Shown here: positions 35,532 to 46,791 of the stretch, one piece after another | Layout: every line of letters begins with the position of its first letter | Numbering within the stretch: position 1 is the stretch's first letter | Virus genome (UHGV): UHGV-0245395 | Reading direction: 5' to 3' (one strand) | Source of the DNA: a virus | Length of the DNA: 64,000 bases | Notes under the pieces: generated by a model | Databases searched by the model: none | Told to the model about the DNA's origin: nothing | Seen by the model: the letters and a program-made list of their open reading frames with translations, nothing else | Made by a program: the position numbers and the translations under genes

Positions 35532-35579
35532 AAAGTTTCTATCTTTATAGCGCAAGAATTAGATTTAAAATAGTATATA

Positions 35580-37241
35580 ATGGCAATATCGGTATATTTT
35601 AATAATAAGAAAATTACGTTACCGGGCGCCTATTCCACGATAGCGGCAGGGGAACAAAACGATCCCCGTGCGTTAGACTACGGGAAATGCCTGATAATTG
35701 ATACCGGCATTCTCGGTGCTAAATGGGGTGGTGGCGCCGGTATTAACGGAAAGACTGCCAACGGAAAGAACGCGATTTACCGTTTTGATAACATCGATGA
35801 TTTCCGTACCTTTGTTAAAGGAGGTATGTATTGGCAACTCGCGAACGCCTTGTTTTTCCCGGATGCTAGTAACGCGGCAGCGGTTGGAATTTCAGAATTG
35901 ATGTTTGTGAGAGCTGCGACAACAACCCCGGCTTCCATGACATTTACCGCCACAGGTGGTAGTACGAATGGTGGAACTTTCAAGATCAACACGCTTGATG
36001 AAGGTTTGAACGCTAACGGGCTCGGAGCTGATGGCAACGCGGCTAACGAGGATCTTGCCACAGGGTATGCGTTCACGATAGTGTCAGGCGTTTTAGACCC
36101 TTCCAAATGGATTTTCCAAATTTGGAGAGGTACCTTTACCGGACTCGCACCCGATGGCGTGGCTTATAACGAGGTTTCAGCTGAAAATTCAATTCCTCGG
36201 TTGATCATTGAATCACCTGAATTCAATAACATGAATGAATTGATTAACTGGGCGAGAACAAGTTCGAGTTTTAATCAGTTATTCCAGTTAGATGGAACAT
36301 CAAAGCCAAGTGGAACAGGGGAGATCACATCGGGTGATATCACCGTGCTAACAGGATACACTCCCGCGACAGGGGGAACGGAAACATACGGAACTGATGA
36401 TTTCTCTGCAGTTCTGGCGGCGATTGTGAACACGGATGAAAGTTTTGTGTTCACGGATCAGTACGGTCTCACGAATTATAAATCAACGTTAAACCAACAA
36501 TTAATTGCCCATGTGAACAACACGGCCAAATTCAAGAAATTGGTTTTGGTTGGGGTTGGAGATGAACAGGGAGATTTCTCCACTTCATTAGAGGCGGCGG
36601 TTGGATTCAATTCATCACACGTGGCCGTTGTTCACGGTGGCGTGGCGATGCCTTCTACCGCTCTTGGAATCGGTTACCGTTGGTGGGGTGTGATGTATAA
36701 CTTGTGCAGCATTGTTGGGCGTACGGCGGGAAAGGCACCGCAGATCCCAGTTACGAATAAATCAATCGGTGTTTCCAAGCTGAAACATCAGTTAACGGAA
36801 ACCGAGAAGAAACAGGCGCTAAACGCTGGCGTGCTCGTAACCATTTACAATGAAGCGACACAGAGATTCGTGGTACTTCAAGGCGTGAATACTTTGCAAG
36901 ACAACGAGGTTCTTTTCACCAATAACGGCGATTCCTTCTCTATTCAGTTCATGAGAATTGTTGACCAGATTAATAAGGAGTTGATTGTGAATAGTGAGAT
37001 TGACCTCTTATCAGCCGAAAACGGGGTTAACGCGAACACGTTAAGCGCCGGGATTTTGAAGAATTGGACGGAGAATTACTTATTGACGAGAACGGCGAAC
37101 ACGAACGCTGATAATCTGATCCTCTCCTACCGTGATGTAACGGTAACGAAGAAGGCGGATTATTACCTTGTGACCTACGGTATCGTTATCAACAATGAAA
37201 TCAATAAGATTTTCTTCACTGGGTTCGTTTTTAATAGCTAA
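35580..37241 (+). CDS. Tail sheath protein
   Basis: LPGAYS N-terminus, TNKSI, VVLQGVNT, IQFMRIVD; 553 aa before tube. Confidence 0.9.
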   Translation: MAISVYFNNKKITLPGAYSTIAAGEQNDPRALDYGKCLIIDTGILGAKWGGGAGINGKTANGKNAIYRFDNIDDFRTFVKGGMYWQLANALFFPDASNAAAVGISELMFVRAATTTPASMTFTATGGSTNGGTFKINTLDEGLNANGLGADGNAANEDLATGYAFTIVSGVLDPSKWIFQIWRGTFTGLAPDGVAYNEVSAENSIPRLIIESPEFNNMNELINWARTSSSFNQLFQLDGTSKPSGTGEITSGDITVLTGYTPATGGTETYGTDDFSAVLAAIVNTDESFVFTDQYGLTNYKSTLNQQLIAHVNNTAKFKKLVLVGVGDEQGDFSTSLEAAVGFNSSHVAVVHGGVAMPSTALGIGYRWWGVMYNLCSIVGRTAGKAPQIPVTNKSIGVSKLKHQLTETEKKQALNAGVLVTIYNEATQRFVVLQGVNTLQDNEVLFTNNGDSFSIQFMRIVDQINKELIVNSEIDLLSAENGVNANTLSAGILKNWTENYLLTRTANTNADNLILSYRDVTVTKKADYYLVTYGIVINNEINKIFFTGFVFNS

Positions 37242-37246
37242 TACAG

Positions 37247-37732
37247 ATGGATACGATAAAGACTTTTGCGTCACCGCAGGCAGCGGTTTACATAGATAAC
37301 GAACTTGTAGGGCAAATGCAGCAAGTTCAGTTCAGCGAACAGATCACCCAGACCCCGGTTCGGGGGATGGGATCGATCCTTGTTGATGAGTTCGTACCGA
37401 CAGCGATAGATTGTAGTTTCAGCTCAAACTATTTCTTCATCGGATTTGACACACCGTGGTTCAAAAAAATGTTGAACCGTTACGGATCGGTGGAGGCGGT
37501 GATTAACACCATATCATTGGTGGCACTTAATTTCTCCATCGTGGTATATCGGAAACAAGTTACCGGGTTCAATGAAACGGAGAGATTGGTTACAGGAACT
37601 GAAACAACCGGAAACACCATTATGAAGGCCCGGGATTGCGTCTTGGAGAATGTGAGCTGGAGTATCGCGGTGGGTGGCATCGCAACAACGGATGTTTCTG
37701 GAAGGTATAAAACACCTATGACAATAGGTTAA
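37247..37732 (+). CDS. Tail tube protein
   Basis: VGQMQQVQFSE...PVRGMGSI; follows sheath. Confidence 0.85.
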   Translation: MDTIKTFASPQAAVYIDNELVGQMQQVQFSEQITQTPVRGMGSILVDEFVPTAIDCSFSSNYFFIGFDTPWFKKMLNRYGSVEAVINTISLVALNFSIVVYRKQVTGFNETERLVTGTETTGNTIMKARDCVLENVSWSIAVGGIATTDVSGRYKTPMTIG

Positions 37733-37744
37733 TCAAATTAGAAT

Positions 37745-38089
37745 ATGACAGAGAAAATTGTATTTAAGGTTAAGACGTCAACGGTCGAGAATGATTACGA
37801 GATTAAGTTGCCGAATGTAGGTCAGTATCGTGACATCGAAGTTTACAAACAGATGCTATCGAATGGAATGTACTCTAGCTTGGTATCATCAGTTACGAAC
37901 AGTTCTTTGAACGCTTTGGATATCATCGATATTGAAGCGACTTTGAGAGTGCTATGCCCTAAGTTCATGGAAGACCTGAAGGTGGAAATCCGAGAGCTGG
38001 GTATCAAGGATTTCGCCATTATCAAAGAAGCTTATAACAGGGATGTTAAACCTCTCATGGAAGAAGTAGAGAAGTTGATGAAAATTTAA
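37745..38089 (+). CDS. Tail assembly chaperone
   Basis: Between tube and tape measure. Confidence 0.65.
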   Translation: MTEKIVFKVKTSTVENDYEIKLPNVGQYRDIEVYKQMLSNGMYSSLVSSVTNSSLNALDIIDIEATLRVLCPKFMEDLKVEIRELGIKDFAIIKEAYNRDVKPLMEEVEKLMKI

Positions 38090-38095
38090 AATGCC

Positions 38096-38392
38096 ATGTC
38101 GAATGAATTTAGGGGGTTCATGATTCAATGGAATCTCAAATTTCCGATCGACAGGTGGTATAGAGAAAAGTACAAGATTCCCTTCATGTCTCAACAACAC
38201 AGGGAATCTTCTTTTTTAAATATGCGGTTAGAATGGGAAGAAGATCAGTTGTTTCATGATTTCAAGGAAACGGAGGCTTACGAGCCTAACAAGGGTGATT
38301 TCCTGAAAGCGGTAGATCTGACACCCGAGGAACGGGCTAGGAAAGCACGTGAATCCTTACAAAATTTTCCGGAGGAACTAAGCGATGGATAA
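38096..38392 (+). CDS. Tail assembly chaperone 2
   Basis: Between tube and tape measure. Confidence 0.6.
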   Translation: MSNEFRGFMIQWNLKFPIDRWYREKYKIPFMSQQHRESSFLNMRLEWEEDQLFHDFKETEAYEPNKGDFLKAVDLTPEERARKARESLQNFPEELSDG

Positions 38393-40415
38393 TAATGCAA
38401 GAGTTAAAATTCAGGTTGATGATTCACGGATAAAAGAATTGCGACAGGGTGCCTCCGAATTATACGAAAGGTTCGCTAGGAACGCAAAACAGCAATCCAA
38501 GGATATTCGCGATATTAATAGAAGTATCGAGGAGCAGATCCGTCTGTTGGAAATCAGAAATCAGAAGCAAAATATACTTCGGCGTCAGGAACTCGAAGCG
38601 GAGCGGAGAAGTGGGAATGTGACCCCTCGTGAATATCAGAGGAATCTTCGAAACCTTGACGCAAGCCGGGATCTCGCGACAGCTCAGATCGGTAATCTGA
38701 GAGAGATGTTGGCGAGCGATAATATTATTCCTAAACAGAGGGAACGGGCTCAAGAGATTTTTGATAGGATATCGCAGGAAGCGACTCAGGGTCGTGGTAA
38801 TATCGGAACAGAGCTAGAAAATAAGATCACTCAGTTCGAGCGCCAGAGAAGTCTCGAACAATCAGGCCGGGCTTTCCGGCTCAGATCCCGTTTCGACCAA
38901 GGATATATGACCCGTCAGCAATACGGGAGTGAATTACGGTCTTTGCAAGCGGATAAACAGAACGATACACTACTTGTAAAGTTGCTGAGAGAGATAGCGG
39001 ATAACACGAAGAATGACGCTAAAAATTCAGCGGAGGAGTTGGTTAGAAGGCTGGGGATTTCGTCGAAATCTGACGCTTCAAAATGGATTGAGAATCTTGA
39101 AGGAAAACGAACGGGATCAGCAACCGATATTCTTCGGAGGCAGGAGGCGGCTAATATAATCAGAAGGCAGTACGGTATCGGTGGAGGTCCCGGAAGTGGC
39201 ATGGGAGGCGATTTTTCAAGCCTGCCTATGATGGCGTTTAACGGAATGGGAGGCGGAATGGGTGCCAGCATTATCAGAACGCTGTCGAAAGCTGGACCCT
39301 TACTTCCTATCGCTGTATTAGGAGGACTTGGTCTCGGTGCGTGGAATCGATTTTCCGATGTTGTTAGAGGCGGGCGTGATTATGCCGCGATAAATAATGA
39401 TCGGGATCTTTCGGGCGTGTGGGCGACCGCGATGGGAAGAGGTGATGCGGGTGGTTTGAGATTGGGGATGACCGCCGAGGATATGCTTAATCGGGGTATC
39501 GCTTATCAGAGAGCCACCGGAAGAAAACCATCGAATGACGAAATTGTGAATAATTTCGCTCAACAACGGGTTCTCGGGTTGGGTGATTCGGATTACATGT
39601 CAATGCTTTCACTCGGACGGTTTAGTCGGGGTGGTACAGCACAGGGTGCCATGGGTGCGCTGGCGAATATTACGAATCGAAGATTTGGAAATCTCGCGTT
39701 ATTACCTGAAATGATTAATACCTTTCAGAGCGCCGCGCAGGGTATTCTTGGTGTTCGTGGTGATTTTGATCAGAACGCGTTAGCGGGAATTATTAACGGT
39801 TTAAGTAACGGAACAGGTGCTCAAGGTGCTCAATTAAATAGAATTGTTAGTAGTTTTCAAAATATAGGTAATAATTCAAATCCGCTCGCGACATCACTGG
39901 CATACAGGGCGGCGATGATGACGAATCCTGATCTCACAACATGGGAGGCTGGGAAGATGATCGAGAACCCATTGGGAAACACCGATTTCCTGCGCCAGTA
40001 TTTAAAGCAGATTCAGGAAGCATCAGGTGGCGGGGATAACGCGAAATATCTGGCCAAATCATTGCTCGGGTTATCATTCGATGATATCGATAAATTGTTC
40101 GGTGCGAAGGGAGATCGTGATTTTGATAAGATAGTGCGATCAATGCGTACCGGTGGTGGGGCTGATTATCGTGATGCCGGGGCTGGGCTGACAACAAATC
40201 AAGAACAACTCAAAGCGTACGGTCAATATGTCAAGGATTTGGCTGTTGATTTCATGAAGGAGATGACGGAATATAACCGTGCGGAAATAGAGGCGAGGGG
40301 TGAGTTGATTGATAGAATTGATAAGTGCATTGATAAAGCGGATAATTTGTTGGAGAAAGCGGCGCTTTCCGTGACAAGAGCGAATTTAAGTAACCCATAT
40401 ATTTTCTCAAAATAA
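38385..40415 (+). CDS. Tape measure protein
   Basis: Helical and Gly/Ala-rich, canonical position. Confidence 0.75.
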   Translation: MDNNARVKIQVDDSRIKELRQGASELYERFARNAKQQSKDIRDINRSIEEQIRLLEIRNQKQNILRRQELEAERRSGNVTPREYQRNLRNLDASRDLATAQIGNLREMLASDNIIPKQRERAQEIFDRISQEATQGRGNIGTELENKITQFERQRSLEQSGRAFRLRSRFDQGYMTRQQYGSELRSLQADKQNDTLLVKLLREIADNTKNDAKNSAEELVRRLGISSKSDASKWIENLEGKRTGSATDILRRQEAANIIRRQYGIGGGPGSGMGGDFSSLPMMAFNGMGGGMGASIIRTLSKAGPLLPIAVLGGLGLGAWNRFSDVVRGGRDYAAINNDRDLSGVWATAMGRGDAGGLRLGMTAEDMLNRGIAYQRATGRKPSNDEIVNNFAQQRVLGLGDSDYMSMLSLGRFSRGGTAQGAMGALANITNRRFGNLALLPEMINTFQSAAQGILGVRGDFDQNALAGIINGLSNGTGAQGAQLNRIVSSFQNIGNNSNPLATSLAYRAAMMTNPDLTTWEAGKMIENPLGNTDFLRQYLKQIQEASGGGDNAKYLAKSLLGLSFDDIDKLFGAKGDRDFDKIVRSMRTGGGADYRDAGAGLTTNQEQLKAYGQYVKDLAVDFMKEMTEYNRAEIEARGELIDRIDKCIDKADNLLEKAALSVTRANLSNPYIFSK

Positions 40416-40416
40416 C

Positions 40417-42600
40417 ATGAAGGCTATCGTAGTATCGGTTGATCAGGAAGTTGAGGTCAGTTCTTTTGTGGCCAAGTTCAATGATGATAATAACTTAAAC
40501 GGGGTGAATGAATTGACCGTGAAGAATTTTCTCGATTTTACGGGAGATTCCTCGCAGTCAAACAGGTCGCGAATAATAGCGGCGTACACACCGGAAGATA
40601 AAAAGAATTGGTTGCAATCAGCTGATCCTACAATGATAAAGGCCGATACGATCGTGGTGACACCTTTGAATCAAATCATAACGGAAGCGCAATTAATATA
40701 CGGGAAAAACCAGTTCCTGAAACAACAGGATTTCAACGCCTATTTCACTGAGTATCAGAAAATATTGCAGAATAGTGATGGGTATTATAAATCCGAATCA
40801 TTGGTTACACACGTGGATCGAGTTGCCATTGACGCACAGATAACGAATTTAAATATTCGCGTTTGGATATATAGCAAGGTTCTAGGCGAGCTCATAGATG
40901 TGTCACCGTTGGTAACTACATGTTCAACGGCGAAGAACGCCAGCATGGGATCATTTTCTTTTGGTCTGAATCCTGTTAAGGCACTTGAATTTGACGTTGA
41001 ATATCCGACAGGTATCGCGCAGAAGGGGGTTGTCAACTTATTTAATTTATTGGATAATCAGAACAATTTAGTTTCCGACTATTTTGAGAAATATATTCAA
41101 TACAATGATCTTGTTTTTATAAGATTCGAAAGACTCGAGGTGGAGAAGGATGATGTCGGGTATGAAAGCGGGCAGGTATTAAAGATCAGCAGTCTTGCGA
41201 ATCCCACTATTAACACGGATGAAAATCCAGCGTGGTACAGGGTTTGGGATATGATAGGATTAGTAGATAACGTGGCGGTCTCGGTAAATCTCATGCAATC
41301 AGATAGGGTTATTACGATCAGAGGCAGGGATTTCATGAAATTACTATCGGATGACGGATCTTATTTTTATTCATACAAATTTATGGCGGGCGGCGATAAT
41401 AAATCTGTGTGGATGGGTGATCAGGGATCAAGTGTTTTCAAAAGAAATATTTTAACAGGGAAATATGAACAATATTTCTTCAATTACGGGCTGAAAAGCA
41501 TCCGTGATTACCTCGGGTTTGTCGTAAATCACCTTTCAAATTTGGGTGTTGTTCCGAATTCGGTTTTCGGTAGTTACGGGGAGAGAATAAGCAAGTTAAA
41601 CAAGGTTGAAGGGCTTGACGAGGAGGATCGTGCTTTGAATGGTGTGTGGTCGATAATAAAATTATTTATTGATGAAGCGTTGGATGAAAGGGTGTTTTCC
41701 GGGGATCTGGGTAACCCTGATGGAACGTTACTTGATTTTTTCAATCGAGCTTGTCAGTACCCGTTTGTCGAAGTGATCGGTGATACTTGGATTGATACAT
41801 TTAATTTCATCATAAGGCAACCTCCGTTTTCAGGGAGCGCGATCAGAAGTGTCATTAATGATTCAGCCAATTACATCACCGTCGAAAACAAGGATTTACT
41901 AGGGTTTGATCTCGCGTACGATAACACGGCGTATGGCTGGTACCAGATCACACCCTCTGATACCGTGGTGGGAGAAATAGGTAAGATCACAGCCGCGTTC
42001 ATACCCGTTATATTCCTCCCGCAGGTGGCATCAGTATTTGGGAACCAGAGGCTTCAAATCTCCGATATATACATATACGCCGGTTCCTTGAAAGGTCAGG
42101 AACATTTGAAAGATATCAGCATGATGTCATACGCTGTATTAAGTGATCTCCTATTTTTGATAGAATCGAACGTGTACTTGCCATTTACAAGGAGGGGTGT
42201 GATTCGGGTTAACGGGGATAGGAGGATAAAGGTGGGGACTTTTATTAGATTGGATTCAACGGATGAGCTATATTATGTAACGGGGGTTGATAATTCACTG
42301 ACTATTAATAATAGCATAGATAGGATGACAACCATTACCGTGGAAAGAGGTATGAGGTGGGAATTGATAAAAGGTGTGGAGACTGGTGAGTTAACAACAA
42401 TCCCGGGAACGACAACGATTAAACCTGTTCGGTATTCATATTTCGATATAGTTAATATTGATGCGATAAAACAATCAATTCTGGCGAATTGGAAAGCGGG
42501 AGGTCAGGTGAAGTTTTCCAGCATGGTGAAATCTGATTTTAGTGTTAATGATGATGTGTTTAAGTATATGCTTGAAAGGAGGTATTTAGATGAGCAATAG
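40417..42600 (+). CDS. Baseplate hub-like protein
   Basis: ITIRGRDF, IIRQPPF, GDRRIKVG...YYVTGV; follows tape measure. Confidence 0.7.
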   Translation: MKAIVVSVDQEVEVSSFVAKFNDDNNLNGVNELTVKNFLDFTGDSSQSNRSRIIAAYTPEDKKNWLQSADPTMIKADTIVVTPLNQIITEAQLIYGKNQFLKQQDFNAYFTEYQKILQNSDGYYKSESLVTHVDRVAIDAQITNLNIRVWIYSKVLGELIDVSPLVTTCSTAKNASMGSFSFGLNPVKALEFDVEYPTGIAQKGVVNLFNLLDNQNNLVSDYFEKYIQYNDLVFIRFERLEVEKDDVGYESGQVLKISSLANPTINTDENPAWYRVWDMIGLVDNVAVSVNLMQSDRVITIRGRDFMKLLSDDGSYFYSYKFMAGGDNKSVWMGDQGSSVFKRNILTGKYEQYFFNYGLKSIRDYLGFVVNHLSNLGVVPNSVFGSYGERISKLNKVEGLDEEDRALNGVWSIIKLFIDEALDERVFSGDLGNPDGTLLDFFNRACQYPFVEVIGDTWIDTFNFIIRQPPFSGSAIRSVINDSANYITVENKDLLGFDLAYDNTAYGWYQITPSDTVVGEIGKITAAFIPVIFLPQVASVFGNQRLQISDIYIYAGSLKGQEHLKDISMMSYAVLSDLLFLIESNVYLPFTRRGVIRVNGDRRIKVGTFIRLDSTDELYYVTGVDNSLTINNSIDRMTTITVERGMRWELIKGVETGELTTIPGTTTIKPVRYSYFDIVNIDAIKQSILANWKAGGQVKFSSMVKSDFSVNDDVFKYMLERRYLDEQ

Positions 42601-43576
42601 TGCATTAATACCCGGTGTGACGGGGATACCTGTTCCTAACGGGGATCAAACTGTTGAGATTGGATATGTTATATTGCCAACCGGGGTGGAAAGAAGTGCC
42701 TTTGTGAAAACGTGTGATGAAAATTTAAGGGTATCCGTTGTCACTGATAGAAATGGTTCAGTTATACATAATTGCCTGGTTACCGAGCAGGTATATCAAT
42801 ATTTGAAGATACCTCAAACAACGGATGAGGTGGGTACGCCGGTGGTTATGGTGAAAACGAACTATAATGAGAAACCTATAATAATGGCCACAATTCCGGC
42901 AACGAATCAAGCTAGCGTGTTCCAAGAAAACATTTATAAGAAATTAATTCAAGATGATGAAGGATCATTCCTAGTTCAAGCATCATTAGTTAACGGAACG
43001 ATGTTGGTGAATATAGAGGGAACCGGAAGCAGGAAATTGAAAATAAACGTGAACGGAGAAGAAGGAGGCGGCGTTGAATTAAATACGAATGGAGACAAGG
43101 TCGAGGTTATTAATGGGAAAGTTTCCGTGAAATCTTTTTCGCAAATCGAGGCGACGGTAATTGACGTGGAGAATGAAAAAAACACAACGGTTACTTTAAC
43201 ACCCGAATCAACCCAGCTAGTTTCATCCACGTCGGTGGAAATATCTGTTCAGGATCCGGAAAGCGGTGACACATCAAAGGTGTCCATCAACAAGGATAAT
43301 ATCGTTTTGGATCCTAATGTGAAGATGAATGTGAAAGGTGGTGCGGAACCGATCCCGTTAGGTGATACATTGAAAAGTATATTGGAAAAAATAAATTCGA
43401 ATGTTGATACCTTGAAACAGGCTTGGTCAACAAGTTCGGCGGCGGTAACACCGGCAGCGAATGGTTCTCCGAGTGGTGGTGGTGGTACGGCTTTCACCGC
43501 CGGTGTTAACGCGGTAAGCGGGATATCGGCACCTGATTTAAGCAAATTAAATTCGGAGATATCCTTTACGGATTGA
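42590..43576 (+). CDS. Baseplate central spike-like protein
   Basis: OB-like N-terminus, beta-repeats, EPIPLGDTL. Confidence 0.6.
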   Translation: MSNSALIPGVTGIPVPNGDQTVEIGYVILPTGVERSAFVKTCDENLRVSVVTDRNGSVIHNCLVTEQVYQYLKIPQTTDEVGTPVVMVKTNYNEKPIIMATIPATNQASVFQENIYKKLIQDDEGSFLVQASLVNGTMLVNIEGTGSRKLKINVNGEEGGGVELNTNGDKVEVINGKVSVKSFSQIEATVIDVENEKNTTVTLTPESTQLVSSTSVEISVQDPESGDTSKVSINKDNIVLDPNVKMNVKGGAEPIPLGDTLKSILEKINSNVDTLKQAWSTSSAAVTPAANGSPSGGGGTAFTAGVNAVSGISAPDLSKLNSEISFTD

Positions 43577-43615
43577 AATATTTTACGTATTTTTAACTAT
43601 GAAATAAAGTAGACC

Positions 43616-44407
43616 ATGTCAGTAGATTCTGTTAATAGGCAATATATTAATCTCGTTCAGCAGATAGGGCAAGCCGCGTTAAGCAGCTTGTCGCCTCATG
43701 ACTTTGAGTACTACATGATGGCGCTTGAATTGACTGACGGTTCAGGGAGAACGATCGATTATTTCGCGTTTCCCGTGCTACCAACGTCTATTCAGAAGAC
43801 GGAGCCGAAAAGAACGAATATAAAACAATCAAATACGGGTATAACCGTGTTGAATAGTACCGCCTTCGTTCCCCAACAAATAACGATCAAAGGTAATTTC
43901 GGTAAGTTTTTCAAGATCATCCTACAAACGAAAGGCCCTGTTGGAAGTGCGGTCGCGTATTCGATATCGAACGGGGTTTATGATTTGTATCAGGCTAAGA
44001 CGAAGAGCTTGGTTGTTAATTACCCGAATTTTGACGTGGGTATTAAGAGCGGTTACGGAGCTATAAATATACTGAGAGCCATCATAGCGAAGTCAAACGG
44101 GATAGATGACCAGGGATTACCGTTCCGGCTGTACTTCTATAACATGGCGTTGGGGGAAAGTTACTTGGTTACCGTCCCGTCAAACGGATTAGTTTTGGAT
44201 ACAAACGCTGATGCGTCAAACACAGTATGGAATTATAGCTTGAATCTAACTGTGATAGCACCCCTGAGTTTGGTACTGTCGAAGAAAGCGTATGATAGTT
44301 CATTGAAAAATTCATTGCAAACCGGGGTGATCCAAAAAGGGGTTAACGTTCTTTCGAACCAACTGGGTTCGTTGATTCAGAAGTGGGCAACAGATATTTT
44401 ACCGTGA
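43616..44407 (+). CDS. Baseplate / tube initiator-like protein
   Basis: FPVLPTSIQKTEP..T, ITIKGNFG, WNYSLNL. Confidence 0.6.
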   Translation: MSVDSVNRQYINLVQQIGQAALSSLSPHDFEYYMMALELTDGSGRTIDYFAFPVLPTSIQKTEPKRTNIKQSNTGITVLNSTAFVPQQITIKGNFGKFFKIILQTKGPVGSAVAYSISNGVYDLYQAKTKSLVVNYPNFDVGIKSGYGAINILRAIIAKSNGIDDQGLPFRLYFYNMALGESYLVTVPSNGLVLDTNADASNTVWNYSLNLTVIAPLSLVLSKKAYDSSLKNSLQTGVIQKGVNVLSNQLGSLIQKWATDILP

Positions 44408-45318
44408 TGGAAACGACTAGCGCAGAGAAATACTATAATATAACGAAGATTGATATCCAACAGTTCTTTCAAGACACGGTTGATTTCATTAACGAAGGTT
44501 ACCCTTCGATCCTCTCCTATTACGAAGGGGGTGATTTACCGGCTGATAGTTTCAAGGTACTGGATGATTTGTTGGTTCGCGCTGAAAGCATTGACGCGGC
44601 GTTCTTCAATTTTTCAGACCAGATGAAAACGTTGGATATGTGGGATCTCCTCGATACCTTCGAGGATTCATGGGGTCAGCTCCTAACTATTAATAACACT
44701 AGCAAGTGGATGAGAAGTTCCCGTGTTGGAAGGTACGACGGTAAGTTCTATCTGGAGCGGGCTTTGAAAGATTTCGAGAATTTCGAGCAGGTGGCATCAA
44801 GCGTGGGTAGTAACGATCCTCAGAATGACTGGGAGGAAATCGCCGTGAGTAATTTCATCATAGAAGAAGATTATTCACCCAGAAGTGGCGGGCCAATTTT
44901 CAAGATCAGTTTGAGCAGTAGCGCGAATTTCGGAATTCAGACCGTCGTTGATAGTTTGGTCGGCGAGAGAATACTTGGAAAAGATGTGGATAAGCGTTTT
45001 TACTTCGCTAATAACGATCTGGCCATAGTGGAATACAAGGACGCCATAAATCAAACCATAGACACGATAATGAATACTTTAAAGGGGGATATACCTGAAT
45101 TCCCGGAAGACGGTGTTTCGAATGAATTCATCGGAACGAACGTCTCCGCCATTCAATACCCCACGTTATTCAGGAATTTGTCAACAATGTTTGCGAAGGA
45201 CGATCGGTTTATAGAAGTAAATTTATTATCTTTATCTCGTAAAGATGATTACATCATCATGAAGATAAAGATAAAGACGATAAATAGTGATAGTTATATT
45301 ACAAATATAAGTGTATGA
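44407..45318 (+). CDS. Baseplate wedge protein with gp25-like C-terminus
   Basis: LKGDIPEFPEDG...KDDRF; precedes baseplate J. Confidence 0.65.
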   Translation: METTSAEKYYNITKIDIQQFFQDTVDFINEGYPSILSYYEGGDLPADSFKVLDDLLVRAESIDAAFFNFSDQMKTLDMWDLLDTFEDSWGQLLTINNTSKWMRSSRVGRYDGKFYLERALKDFENFEQVASSVGSNDPQNDWEEIAVSNFIIEEDYSPRSGGPIFKISLSSSANFGIQTVVDSLVGERILGKDVDKRFYFANNDLAIVEYKDAINQTIDTIMNTLKGDIPEFPEDGVSNEFIGTNVSAIQYPTLFRNLSTMFAKDDRFIEVNLLSLSRKDDYIIMKIKIKTINSDSYITNISV

Positions 45319-46499
45319 TAATTGGAGTTAAACATACGATTTCCTTGTTAAAAAGTTTGTTCATAGAATTATTTCTGAACAAAACGAACAAGGTATCTGA
45401 CATCAGCGATAATTCTGTCGTGAACGCGACCGCTTTCGGAGTGGCGAAGGTCGGGCAGAAATGTTTGAAGGATGTCGCGATCGTTAGCGCGAGGATATTC
45501 CCGGATACGGCATCCGGAACCGATCTTGATGTCGCCGCACAACTATTCGGCGTGAGTCCGAGGAAAGGGGCGATCGGATCATCCACCTATGTGAAAGTCG
45601 TGGCTGATCAGGGAACGCAGTACGTGGCGGGAGAAACCGAATTCGTTAATATCAACGGTGTTCGGTTCACAACGGAGTTCGATGTTACAGTTGGGGATAA
45701 CGGATACGCTTACGTCAAAGTGAGAAGCGCGGGAACGGGATCCCAAACGAACGTGGCACCGAATACGATCACCACGGTTGTCCCGGCTCCTATCGGACAT
45801 AAAGCCTGTTCCAACGAATATTACGCCGTGGGCGGAAGGGATTCGGAAGACGATGAGACGTTTAGAATAAGGATTAGGAATAATTTAAACATATTATCTA
45901 TAGGAACGCGTGAATATTTCACGCAGGTATTTCAAAATATCGACGATCGTGTCCTAATGTTCTTTAACTTCGGTGTGAATGAGAACGCTAAGTTGCAACT
46001 GGCGTTATCGACACAGAACGGGGTTGAATTCACGGATGCTGAACTGGCGAATTTGCTCGAGCAGGCGGCCCCGTATTTTCCCCTGAGTGATAGGAATAAA
46101 TACGGTGACACGGTTGAGATAGTTTTGACGAACGTTCAATGGTACGCGGTTGGTGGAAGCCGGGGTGTTGATTTCAGGGTGGAGATAGCGGATAATTACG
46201 CGGTCGATGATGTTCGCCAGCGTATTCAAATCGCGATGACGAAGTACCTTGATTTCAGAACGTGGACACCGGGAGGTAAGGTGGAGTGGGATGACTTGTT
46301 GGATATAGTGAAGAACACGGAGGGCGTGAAATATGTTCAGGATTCAACCTTCTACCCGTCAGCCGATGAATTGGTTCCTATAAATGAATTGCCGAGAATA
46401 AGGGGTTTCGTGATGAGGGATTTGAAGGGTGAACCTATATTTGACGCGAACGGAGTTTTATCACCGATATTCTACCCAAGCGATTATGGCGGAAACTAA
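45315..46499 (+). CDS. Baseplate J-like wedge protein
   Basis: TASGTDLD, GGRDSEDDETFRIRI. Confidence 0.9.
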   Translation: MIIGVKHTISLLKSLFIELFLNKTNKVSDISDNSVVNATAFGVAKVGQKCLKDVAIVSARIFPDTASGTDLDVAAQLFGVSPRKGAIGSSTYVKVVADQGTQYVAGETEFVNINGVRFTTEFDVTVGDNGYAYVKVRSAGTGSQTNVAPNTITTVVPAPIGHKACSNEYYAVGGRDSEDDETFRIRIRNNLNILSIGTREYFTQVFQNIDDRVLMFFNFGVNENAKLQLALSTQNGVEFTDAELANLLEQAAPYFPLSDRNKYGDTVEIVLTNVQWYAVGGSRGVDFRVEIADNYAVDDVRQRIQIAMTKYLDFRTWTPGGKVEWDDLLDIVKNTEGVKYVQDSTFYPSADELVPINELPRIRGFVMRDLKGEPIFDANGVLSPIFYPSDYGGN

Positions 46500-46791
46500 G
46501 AAACTGAGCACGACCACGGTCTTCAACATTTACCGACCTTATGTTGAGATATTAACCTATTATGATAAAAATGGGTCAGGAGAATTTCTATTCTTCTTCA
46601 TATCCCAGTTTGACAGGACGATGGAGGGGACTAAGATCGGCATCGGTGACTTGGTGATGAGGGCGATGGGAGGTGTTGAGGATAGTTTTTACGTGAATGA
46701 AAACGGGGATCTGATGGTTGAATCCAACAACCCGGATCAATATGAGATAAACAGGTTAGATGGTCAATTAATGCAGACGACAGATGATTAG
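46486..46791 (+). CDS. Small baseplate/fibre-associated protein
   Basis: FYVNENGDL motif; overlaps both neighbours. Confidence 0.6.
   Translation: MAETKKLSTTTVFNIYRPYVEILTYYDKNGSGEFLFFFISQFDRTMEGTKIGIGDLVMRAMGGVEDSFYVNENGDLMVESNNPDQYEINRLDGQLMQTTDD

Noticed and set aside
38070..38100. Programmed frameshift between the tail chaperone genes
   Set aside because: The second ORF is in the same frame (TAA AAT GCC ATG), and no correctly phased slippery heptamer leads into it.
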